A stretch of DNA of 62,441 nucleotides from contig CAYUGQ010000001.1 in assembly GCA_964444305.1 (NCBI GenBank), forward strand, positions 1-62,441, in the 5' to 3' direction. Shown here in pieces: positions 39,201-47,207 of the stretch. Position 1 is the stretch's first letter, and each line of letters begins with the position of its first letter. The notes under the pieces were generated by a model that did not search any database, was not told the DNA's origin, and saw only the letters and a list, made by a program, of their open reading frames with translations. Both the position numbers and the translations under genes were made by a program. The DNA comes from an uncultured Candidatus Sumerlaeota bacterium (lineage in GTDB: Bacteria > Sumerlaeota > Sumerlaeia > Sumerlaeales > Sumerlaeaceae).

Positions 39201-39785
39201 CATGACATGTTTGAGTATGGTCAAAAGAAGCTGCTCTCCATGGAGTTTATCGAAGGTGTTGACCTGAAGTCTGTCCTGGCGGATCGTAAAACGCTTCCGG
39301 TCCATGAGGTGGTCAGTATTGCCCGTCCTGTTTGTGACGCCCTGGCGTATGCTCATCAGCAATCGATTGTCCACCGGGACATTAAGCCGGCGAACATCAT
39401 GATCACTAACACCAATCAGGTGAAGGTGACAGATTTTGGTATCGCAAAGGTCCTTCTCGCGGGTGCGGATGCGACCCGGTCCGGATCTCAGATCATTGGC
39501 ACGCCCCTGTATATGTCGCCGGAGCAAATCCTTGGCAGTGAAGTTGATGCTCGCACGGATATTTACAGCCTTGGTGTCATGCTTTACGAAATGGTTGCCG
39601 GCAAGCCTCCGTTCCTTGAAGGCAATATCGAATACCATCATCTCCATACTATGCCTCCGCCTATGAACGATAGCGTGCCGCAGGCTATAAGGGAGATCGT
39701 CATGAAATGCCTTGAGAAGAATCCTGAAGACCGTTTTCAGGCGATTTCAGAACTGGGTGACGCCCTCGGCAAAATCGGCGATTAA
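36222..39785 (+). CDS. Hsp70(DnaK-like NBD + SBD-beta)-TPR-like-Ser/Thr protein kinase fusion protein
   Basis: Hsp70 signatures [24 protein letters not shown] and [15 protein letters not shown]; linker [12 protein letters not shown]. An Arg7 run and a Pro-rich linker span about 37.79-38.15 kb. Helical TPR-like repeats span about 38.17-38.93 kb. The kinase (about 39.0-39.78 kb) has [20 protein letters not shown] and MSPEQ. The start may instead be the TTG at 36237, which has better Shine-Dalgarno spacing. Confidence 0.9.
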   Translation: [1187 protein letters not shown]

Positions 39786-39799
39786 TCATCCGCTATGAC

Positions 39800-39838
39800 G
39801 ACCTGTTACGCACGGCGCAGGGTCTGAGGTGTTTTTTT
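39800..39838 (+). terminator. Probable intrinsic terminator after the Hsp70-kinase gene
   Basis: An imperfect GC hairpin (gacctg...cagggtc) is followed within 8 nt by a T7 run (39832-39838). Confidence 0.45.
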
Positions 39839-39840
39839 AA

Positions 39841-40380
39841 GAGTTTGATGATTGATTCTACTAAGGTTATCAAGCTGGGAGTCGATGGTATTTTTATTGA
39901 GTTCGATTGCTGATTTTGTTGAGCTTGGAGATAGGCTTGTCGGATTTAGGGAGAAATTTTATGTTTGTGGTTTCTAAGGTTCGTAAAGGGTCGCCTGGGA
40001 AGAGATGAGTGGAAAAGCGCGGATGGGGCGAGTGCTTTTGCGGGAACAGATTAAGGCTGGTTTTATGGTTTGTGTTGATCATGGGTGGGGAATTATCATT
40101 GGCGGGACGGGCTGGGTATTCCCGTATGGGTACTTGGGATGCGACAGGCTGTTTTTTGAAGGGGTCTTGCCTACTTTCAGGTAATCTGTAGCTGTCACGT
40201 TTGTGGGCTGCGTGGCTTAAATGGGCCAATTGCATGGATCTTGTGAGACATTTTAACGCATTGTTCGATATAAGGCCACGGGAATCATTGCGGAATTGCG
40301 AGTGCTTGCCATTGGTTTTAAATGGGTTAGATGTGTATTTCGAGTGTGGTGTTTGCGTCGGCACACGGCGTGCTCTTGGT
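39841..40380. other. C-depleted, G+T-rich (on the + strand) region with no convincing gene
   Basis: Hand count: 31 C in 39841-40140 (about 10%) and 43 C in 40141-40380 (about 18%). Neighbouring genes look compositionally balanced by eye. Confidence 0.6.
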
Positions 40381-40443
40381 TGAGAAAACTCAGCTGATCA
40401 TACTCAACGTTTAGCCGATCGGCGAAGAAAATTAAAGGGCTCT

Positions 40444-40767
40444 ATGAAAACACAGACTATTACGCTTCAAGCGCAGGGTGTTGACCCTGACTATTTAGCT
40501 AATCCTTCAAGTGACCCGCTTCAGTATGCCATCCAGGCTTTACCTGAACTTGATATTCCCGCGAAGGGACGCATTGCCCATCATATTCGCCGGGGCCGGA
40601 TTGACCGGGCTATTGCTCTTTGTGCGGCTGGCCAGCTTCATCTCTGGGAAAATATCTGGAAAAATGCACGTAACATGTCAGTCCTGGAACAACTCAGCCG
40701 CCTTAAACAGGTGGAAGCTTTGTTGCGTGCCTATGCGGGCTATGGGCCTGCCGCATCTGCGTTATAA
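40444..40767 (+). CDS. Hypothetical small protein (107 aa), no recognisable domain
   Basis: ATG-initiated ORF with codon usage like its neighbours. A bidirectional terminator follows it. Confidence 0.5.
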   Translation: MKTQTITLQAQGVDPDYLANPSSDPLQYAIQALPELDIPAKGRIAHHIRRGRIDRAIALCAAGQLHLWENIWKNARNMSVLEQLSRLKQVEALLRAYAGYGPAASAL

Positions 40768-40835
40768 TCGGCAGCTTAGATACCTGCAGCGCCTGGAAGC
40801 ATCCTTGTAATCTACTATCGGAAAATCCAAAGGGT

Positions 40836-40896
40836 AAAAAAAGCCGATGAACCGGAGCCTTATATTATCGGGCTCTGGATCACCGGCTATATTTTT
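40836..40896. terminator. Bidirectional intrinsic terminator between the small ORF and the convergent GHL10 gene
   Basis: A 17-bp imperfect stem (40843-40859 with 40871-40887; 14 of 17 positions Watson-Crick paired, one more a G-U wobble). An A7 run precedes it and a T5 run follows. Confidence 0.6.
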
Positions 40897-40918
40897 CCTG
40901 GCGGTTTTGCCAGTTGGG

Positions 40919-42799
40919 TTATTTGGGGGAAATACGGATAGCGTCTGCGATTACAACGAAGCCCGGAGTTGTCCAGCAGGACAGCCTGACAGTGTTGCTT
41001 CCCGCATTAATGTTATAGGTACCGAGGCTCTGCCAGCTTCCGCCGCTGGTCTGTTGATTTCGATTAACAGTCGTACTGCCGCCCGCCCGGCTGATCATAT
41101 ACGGTGCTGTCGCCGACCGGTTCGGTCCCTGGCTCCACCATGCATAGACTTCATAGCTGCGAGTCTGAGGCGCGGTCCAGTTCCAGGTGGCGGGGTCTGA
41201 CACTGATTCTGTATGACGGAAACGGTAATTCGGCCCGTACTTATCGGAGGCCGATGTCGCCGTGATCCAGTTGGCGGATGCGGCCAGCGCATTCGTATCC
41301 AATATGATATCCGCAGGATTGGATGGGGAGGATTTTGGGCTTTCGTTTCCTGCACGGTCCACGGCGGAAACAGCATAATCCTGTGTGTTTCCCGGAGCGG
41401 AATAGTTTGTAGCTGATCCGGGCAGGACTACGGTGTTCCAGGTTGATCCGTTATAGGTATGGACCACCCACCATTTTGCTTTTTCATCGCCCGGGTTTTG
41501 GGAGAATGTGATCAGGCGGCGTGATGGTGACCCGGTGGGTGCGCCTATGGAGGAGACGGGGGTCGGTGGTGGTGTATTATCCAGCCAGGTAGCTGCAGGC
41601 CGCAGGGCTGGTTTTGCGTAGGGTCCTGCTTTCAAAGCTGTCCGGACACCTGTGGGGTTATCGGTCAGCCATTTCAAGCTGTAATGGACGTTACCAACTC
41701 CATTGCCCTGCCGGGTACGGTTCACCTGGTTTACAATTTCTGCAGATGTGGTGTTGCCCCATCCTGCAAAGGTTGAATCTCCCACACGATAAACTGCCGT
41801 GCTGGCAAGGACATGGCGGGACGTGTTTTGGATTACCCACCAGTCTATGAGTGCACCAAAAGGCTGACCGGACGATGCAAGTGTCCAATATAGCTGTGGC
41901 GAAAGGGAATCGACCCAGCCCTCCTGAAGCCATTTGCGGCTGTCGCAATAATGGGTTGCGTAATAATCTGCCCCGACGATTCCGGCGGGGTTTCCGGGCC
42001 GCCAGATACCGAAGGGTCCGACGCCGAATTGACACGTGTTCCGGATGTCATGGACCAGTTCGTAAACTTCGCGAATTAGGGTGTTAACATTTTCACGGCG
42101 CCAGTTCGCCAGCGACATGGTTCCGCCGCTGTTTACATAGGCCTGGTAAGTGGCGCTGTCGGGGAAATTTGTGCCGGGATAGAAGTAGTCGTCAAAAACT
42201 ACGCCATCCACATCGTAATTTGTAACGATGTCTGCGATGACATTTTTGATCCAGTTGATGCTGTCCTGTTTGCCGGGATCAAGATAGGTGCGGCCGTCCG
42301 AATACTGCACGCACAAATCCGGCCGTTGGCGCATCACGTGGCTGGGCGATTTGTTTGAGGTGTTATGATCAATGGCCACGCGGTACGGGTTGACCCAGGC
42401 ATGAATTTCAATTCCTCGGGCATGGCCCTCCTGGATGGCAAAAGCGAGTGGATCCCAGGTGGCTGCGGTGTTTTGGGATCCAGTCAGCCATTGGCTCCAG
42501 GGCTCGATGCTGGAATCATAGAAAGCATCCCCTGCGGGCCTTACCTGAAAATACATGGCATTCATATTGGCATCAGCCATTGCATCGAGATGCTGGATCA
42601 TCCGCGCTTTTTGCGCCGCTACCACGGATGGACTGACTCCGGACTGTGGGGGCCAGTCTATCCGCGACACCGTCGCACACCACGCTGCCCGTGTTTCACG
42701 GGGAGTCGCCGGAACAGGCGGCGCTGCAATGGCCCCCGCTCCCAGCGACATTACAACAGACATCATTACACCAGACTTCCAACGGAAACGTTGCTGCAT
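40919..42799 (-). CDS. Secreted glycoside-hydrolase-like family 10 (GHL10/YngK-type) protein with an FN3-like region and the same C-terminal module as the amidase at 1474-2424
   Basis: NMNAMYFQVRPAGDAFYDSSIEPWSQWLTG and the IEIHAWVNPY TIM-barrel motifs. The signal peptide begins at MQQRFRWKSG..., whose ATG at 42799 has a GAGGGAG Shine-Dalgarno sequence. The ORF can extend to 42847. Confidence 0.8.
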   Translation of the reverse strand: MQQRFRWKSGVMMSVVMSLGAGAIAAPPVPATPRETRAAWCATVSRIDWPPQSGVSPSVVAAQKARMIQHLDAMADANMNAMYFQVRPAGDAFYDSSIEPWSQWLTGSQNTAATWDPLAFAIQEGHARGIEIHAWVNPYRVAIDHNTSNKSPSHVMRQRPDLCVQYSDGRTYLDPGKQDSINWIKNVIADIVTNYDVDGVVFDDYFYPGTNFPDSATYQAYVNSGGTMSLANWRRENVNTLIREVYELVHDIRNTCQFGVGPFGIWRPGNPAGIVGADYYATHYCDSRKWLQEGWVDSLSPQLYWTLASSGQPFGALIDWWVIQNTSRHVLASTAVYRVGDSTFAGWGNTTSAEIVNQVNRTRQGNGVGNVHYSLKWLTDNPTGVRTALKAGPYAKPALRPAATWLDNTPPPTPVSSIGAPTGSPSRRLITFSQNPGDEKAKWWVVHTYNGSTWNTVVLPGSATNYSAPGNTQDYAVSAVDRAGNESPKSSPSNPADIILDTNALAASANWITATSASDKYGPNYRFRHTESVSDPATWNWTAPQTRSYEVYAWWSQGPNRSATAPYMISRAGGSTTVNRNQQTSGGSWQSLGTYNINAGSNTVRLSCWTTPGFVVIADAIRISPK

Positions 42800-42979
42800 A
42801 TTGAGATCTCCCTCAGGTTGATTTTTTACATCGGGGACAACAGACAACAGGTCAGGAAGTGCCTGGATCGGATTGGAGCCGAGACACTGTCATGATTGGA
42901 CTAACGCATGGCAAGCCGAGTGCCTGAGAGTAAAGCTCATAGTTGCAAAAACGCACCATGAGCATTTTCATAATCTGTT

Positions 42980-45061
42980 ATGTATACCGGTCCCGTGATG
43001 GAGACTCTGCGCGATCGGTTGCAGCGTATGGTCCGACCCAAACCATTAGCGGCTGCGGGGCTTGCGGCAGGTTTAATGGTTGGTGTCTGGGCCTGGGCCC
43101 AGCACGCCATTGAAGAGTCCATTCGAGACCTGACGTCGGATAGCCTGACGGCTCTTCTTCAATCCAACGTCGAGGCGCTCGAGATGTGGATTGAGACAGA
43201 GATTCTCGAAGTTCAATCCTGGGCCAGCGCTGGTATTACGAAAAATGCGGTGCAGGAACTGGAATCGCTGGCGCGGGCAAACGGCAGCAGCGAGACCTTG
43301 CTTCAATCGCCTTCCCTGGAACACTTGCGCACGTTCTTGAGTCCTGCTCTGGCCGAACCTGACGTTTTTGGATTTCTTGTAACCAACCGGGAGGGGCAAG
43401 TCATCGCGGCGGCTACAGACAAGCTCGTTGGGCGTCGTTTGACGCCACAGGGTCAGGCTCGCAACGCAGCAGCTTTTTCTTCCGGGTGGGGTATCTATAA
43501 ACCTGTAGATGGCAGCCTGTTGGTGGAGGATGTGGACACCACGGAAGCCATTCCCGTGATTCTTTCCGCTGCAACCGTATTAAATGATGCCGGCGAGCCG
43601 ATTGCCGCATTGACCATGTTTCTTGATCCGGAACAGGATTTTAGCCGTATTCTTTCGGTGGGTCGCCTGGGCTCTACCGGATCCACTTATGCTTTCGACG
43701 GCAATGGCATCATGCTGTCTGAGCTGCGATATGAAAAGGACCTGGTTCGGCTGGGGCTGGTAGAGGATAAGAACGATGCTCAGTCTACCCTCATTGTTCC
43801 TGTCCGCGATCCAGGGGGTAACCTGTTAGAAGGCTATCAGCCGGACCGGGATCTGGATGAAATGCCTTTGACGCGGGCTGTAGCGTCGGCGGTCCGCGGC
43901 CGTTCGAGAGTCACGCTTGAACCCTATCGAGATTATCGTGGGGTGGAAGTGGTGGGCGCGTGGACGTGGCTTCCGCGTCATAACTTTGGCGTTGTTACGG
44001 AGATTGAAGCCCACCAGGTGATGAACATTTTGCGGCCTTTGCGCCTGGCATTCTGGGGCATGTTTATCCTGATTGCGCTGTTAATGGCGGGTGTTTTTAT
44101 TACTGCTTATGTCATCAGTATCATGCGTCAGAAACAAAAAAGTCAGCGCGTGATTGGGCAGTATACGCTGTTGGAGAAAGTTGGCGAAGGGGGGATGGGT
44201 AAGGTTTATTGTGCCCGGCACGCCTTGCTGCGGAGGCCTACGGCTGTAAAGCTGTTAAGAAGTGGAGACCTGACGCAGGAATTGATTTCTCGTTTTGAGC
44301 GGGAGGTCCAGATCACCAGCCGTCTGACTCATCCAAACACCGTGGAAATTTATGATTACGGGCGGACCGACTCAGGGGAGTTCTATTATGTGATGGAATA
44401 CATTGACGGTATCACGCTGGCGGATCTTGTGGAAAGGCATGGGCCGGTAAAGCCGGCGCGGGCGGTGCATTTTCTTAAACAGGTTTGTGCTTCTTTGGTG
44501 GAAGCTCATGAAGAAGGAATTATCCACCGTGACATTAAGCCGTTAAACGTCATGATCTGCAAGCGGGGCGGGGACTATGATGTGGTTAAGGTGCTGGACT
44601 TCGGGCTTGTGAAAAATGTGATCAGTGACGACGCCCTGGAGTTGACTGGGAAGGATATCGTCCGGGGAACGCCTATGTATATTTCGCCGGAGCGCCTGCG
44701 TGATCCTTCGATCGCCACGCCTGCCTCGGACCTGTATTCTATTGGCGTTTTGGCGTTTAATCTCCTGTCGGGTAAAGACCCTTACCGGGGAGCCAGCTCG
44801 CTTGATATTGCGGAGCAGGCGCTCCATGCGGAGCCACGTCGTCTTCGTGATGTTATGGATGATGATTGCCCGGCGGAGCTGGATGAGATTGTATGGAAAT
44901 GTATGCAAAAGAATCCCGCAGACCGCCCGGCCAGTGCGCGGGAGCTGCTGGATTCGCTGGCCGCGATTCCTCTGGTGTGGACCCGGGATGATGCTGAGCA
45001 GGCTTGGATTACGGAGAAGTTTAACGGAAATCGACCGCCGAAATCCGACGTTCAGTTTTAG
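42980..45061 (+). CDS. Receptor Ser/Thr protein kinase: TM - periplasmic Cache-like sensor - TM - Hanks kinase
   Basis: Two TM segments flank about 300 aa containing Cache-like strands (GFLVTNREGQVIAA, YRDYRGVEVVGAWTWL). The kinase has GEGGMGKVY, AVKLL, HRDIKPLN, DFGL and ISPER. Confidence 0.88.
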   Translation: MYTGPVMETLRDRLQRMVRPKPLAAAGLAAGLMVGVWAWAQHAIEESIRDLTSDSLTALLQSNVEALEMWIETEILEVQSWASAGITKNAVQELESLARANGSSETLLQSPSLEHLRTFLSPALAEPDVFGFLVTNREGQVIAAATDKLVGRRLTPQGQARNAAAFSSGWGIYKPVDGSLLVEDVDTTEAIPVILSAATVLNDAGEPIAALTMFLDPEQDFSRILSVGRLGSTGSTYAFDGNGIMLSELRYEKDLVRLGLVEDKNDAQSTLIVPVRDPGGNLLEGYQPDRDLDEMPLTRAVASAVRGRSRVTLEPYRDYRGVEVVGAWTWLPRHNFGVVTEIEAHQVMNILRPLRLAFWGMFILIALLMAGVFITAYVISIMRQKQKSQRVIGQYTLLEKVGEGGMGKVYCARHALLRRPTAVKLLRSGDLTQELISRFEREVQITSRLTHPNTVEIYDYGRTDSGEFYYVMEYIDGITLADLVERHGPVKPARAVHFLKQVCASLVEAHEEGIIHRDIKPLNVMICKRGGDYDVVKVLDFGLVKNVISDDALELTGKDIVRGTPMYISPERLRDPSIATPASDLYSIGVLAFNLLSGKDPYRGASSLDIAEQALHAEPRRLRDVMDDDCPAELDEIVWKCMQKNPADRPASARELLDSLAAIPLVWTRDDAEQAWITEKFNGNRPPKSDVQF

Positions 45062-45079
45062 TTTGTTCTGCTGGCGTCG

Positions 45080-46042
45080 GTGGGATTCAAACTGAATACT
45101 TTCGCCCGAAGACTGCCCCAATATCTAATGCGTACGAGTGGAGACAGGGGACTTCAGCCCGGCGAATTTTATCGTTCGGATCGGGAAGACACAGTGCGGA
45201 AGATTCAATCGTGGATCGCATCCGATGGAGCCGCGTTGCGTTTCATTGCCCATCAGCCCTGCCATGGGCAACGGGCGTCGGTTGCCTTTTTGTATTTGCA
45301 TGGAATTGAGAGTCACGGTGGGTGGTTTGATGAGGCGGCGGATGAACTTTGCGGGCGGGGATTCTCTGTGTATTGCATGGACCGTCGCGGAAGCGGATTG
45401 AACCAGGATGACGCCGGCTTTGTATCGGGGCATATTGATTCTGCAGATATTTTGCTGGATGACGTGGACGGATTTATCCAGCATCTGCGTAAGCGTCATG
45501 AATCGGTATTTATTATCGGTCTTTCGTGGGGCGGGAAGCTTGCTTTGGCTCATGCTGTATCGCGTTTGAATTCTCCCGATGCGCTTATATTAATTACGCC
45601 CGGGCTTGTCGCTCAGGTGAGTCTTCCGTTATCTATACGGCTTAATATTTTAGCGTCGGCATTCGCGCGGCCGACAAGAAAATTTCCGATTCCGATTACG
45701 CCGGACATGTTTACGCATGACCCGTTTTTTCAGGAGCGAATCAAGCAGGATCCGCTGCGTTTGAGGTATGTCTCTGCTCGATTTTATCTTGAGAGCCTGC
45801 GCCTTGACAGACAGCTCAGGCGGTGCATTGGGATTTTGAAGACGCCGGTGATGTCGGTTTTTGCCCAGGAGGATATTATTATCGACAACGAGAAATCCTG
45901 TGAGCTGTTAAATCAGGCTTTGGGTGCTGATCGACATATTATCTGCTATGAAGACCAGCTTCATTCGATCCAGTTTGATGCGCCGGTTCGGCTGGTTGAG
46001 GACATTATCAAATGGTTGCAGGAGGAGAAGTTACTGGCATGA
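45080..46042 (+). CDS. Alpha/beta hydrolase (lysophospholipase/monoacylglycerol-lipase-like)
   Basis: YLHGIESHGGWF oxyanion region and nucleophile elbow GLSWGG. The start is uncertain: GTG at 45080, or ATG at 45128. Confidence 0.8.
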   Translation: MGFKLNTFARRLPQYLMRTSGDRGLQPGEFYRSDREDTVRKIQSWIASDGAALRFIAHQPCHGQRASVAFLYLHGIESHGGWFDEAADELCGRGFSVYCMDRRGSGLNQDDAGFVSGHIDSADILLDDVDGFIQHLRKRHESVFIIGLSWGGKLALAHAVSRLNSPDALILITPGLVAQVSLPLSIRLNILASAFARPTRKFPIPITPDMFTHDPFFQERIKQDPLRLRYVSARFYLESLRLDRQLRRCIGILKTPVMSVFAQEDIIIDNEKSCELLNQALGADRHIICYEDQLHSIQFDAPVRLVEDIIKWLQEEKLLA

Positions 46043-47187
46043 GTTCATCGCCGCTGAGGCTTTCGTCGTTTCAATGTCGGGTGGTGCAGATTCCTCTGCG
46101 GGTGAAAGTCAGTCATCACCTGGCGCAACGGGTTGTGGCCGAGAACGTATTGGTGACTGTGCGCGGGGCTGATGGCCGGGAAGGCTGGGGCGAGTGTTGT
46201 CCGCGAGAGTACGTGACCGGGGAGACGGTTGCGACGGTTGAGGAGGCGCTGGGCGGTCATTTTATCCCGCAGTATCTTCGTCGGGAATTTGATTCTTTTG
46301 AGGATGTGGTGGAGGCTTTATCAGAATCAGCAGCAGGGCTGGCTAAGAATGAGCAGGCGGCGTTTTGTGCCATTGAGCTGGCTGTGTTGGATCTTGCGGG
46401 CAAGCATTTCGATCGGTCAATTTCGGAGGTGATTGGCGGTTCCCGGAGGGACGATTTTCGCTATACCGGTGTGCTGGCGGCGGATGATCTGCCAGCGGTG
46501 GATTCCCAGGGGCAGCGGCTGCGGGAATTTGGGTTTACCACTGTGAAGGTAAAGGTTACGCAGGATCTGGAATTTAACTGCACGGCGCTTCAGACGGTTC
46601 GGCAGCTTTTTGGAGATGAGGCGAGTGTGCGGGTAGACGCGAACGGGGCCTGGACTGCCCAGGAAGCGATTCGGCATTTGAAGGGTATGGCGGATTACCG
46701 GCTGGATGGGGTTGAGCAGCCGGTAGCGGGAGATGATTTGGCGGGTATGACAGAAGTGACAGCGGCCGGGTTGACTCCGGTGGTGGCTGATGAGTCTCTT
46801 TGCAGCATGGATGATGCTGAAGGGCTTATCAAAAAGCGCGGCTGCATTATTTTTAACATTCGCATATCGAAATGCGGCGGGTTGATAAACTCGGCCCGGA
46901 TTGCGCGGAAGGCTTTTGACGCTGGCCTGAAGTGCCAGCTAGGAGCGCAGGTGGGAGAGAGCGGGTTTCTTTCGGCGGCGGGTCGACATTTTGCGGCGGT
47001 GTTTCCAGAGCTTGTCTGGCTGGAAGGGTCTTTTGATGCTTATCTTTTGGAGCAGCAGATCACTACGCCTGACATCACGATTCAGCCCGGGGGGCGGGCC
47101 GAAAGAATAACGGGGGCCGGACTTGGGATTCTTCCATTGCCGGAAGCCATTGAAGCAACATGCATCAGGCAACAGGAATTTTATTAG
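46039..47187 (+). CDS. Enolase-superfamily enzyme, muconate-lactonizing-enzyme (MLE) subgroup (dipeptide epimerase / N-acylamino-acid racemase / OSBS-like)
   Basis: KxK motif (TVKVKV), metal ligands in RVDANGAW, GVEQP and VADES, and a second catalytic Lys in NIRISKCGG. ATGA overlap with the hydrolase gene. Confidence 0.82.
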   Translation: MSSSPLRLSSFQCRVVQIPLRVKVSHHLAQRVVAENVLVTVRGADGREGWGECCPREYVTGETVATVEEALGGHFIPQYLRREFDSFEDVVEALSESAAGLAKNEQAAFCAIELAVLDLAGKHFDRSISEVIGGSRRDDFRYTGVLAADDLPAVDSQGQRLREFGFTTVKVKVTQDLEFNCTALQTVRQLFGDEASVRVDANGAWTAQEAIRHLKGMADYRLDGVEQPVAGDDLAGMTEVTAAGLTPVVADESLCSMDDAEGLIKKRGCIIFNIRISKCGGLINSARIARKAFDAGLKCQLGAQVGESGFLSAAGRHFAAVFPELVWLEGSFDAYLLEQQITTPDITIQPGGRAERITGAGLGILPLPEAIEATCIRQQEFY

Positions 47188-47207
47188 TCTAGAAGATTGA
47201 GGTTTCC

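Noticed and set aside
38319-39647. A 442-codon ORF antisense to the TPR/kinase part of the Hsp70-kinase gene. Similar long antisense ORFs lie at 538-1254, 11138-11788, 32570-33166, 36540-37109, 44543-45121, 49202-50002 and 58939-59550.
   Set aside because: All lie opposite genes with strong domain evidence. Their translations are low-complexity or R/P/H-rich with no motifs. They are explained by the sense strand avoiding codons whose complements are stop codons.
39841-40300. The idea that the GT-rich + strand encodes a CsrB/RsmZ-like GGA-motif sponge RNA. I counted about 14 GGA trinucleotides.
   Set aside because: Given the local base composition, roughly 10 GGA would be expected by chance. 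The motifs are not presented in repeated hairpin loops.
39894-40364. A 156-codon minus-strand ORF spanning the C-depleted region (P/S/T/N/K/H-rich product).
   Set aside because: It has a GTG start with no Shine-Dalgarno sequence. The frame stays open largely because the CA-rich strand is poor in T and G, the product is low-complexity, and no motif is recognisable. I kept it only as an alternative hypothesis in the finding on this region.
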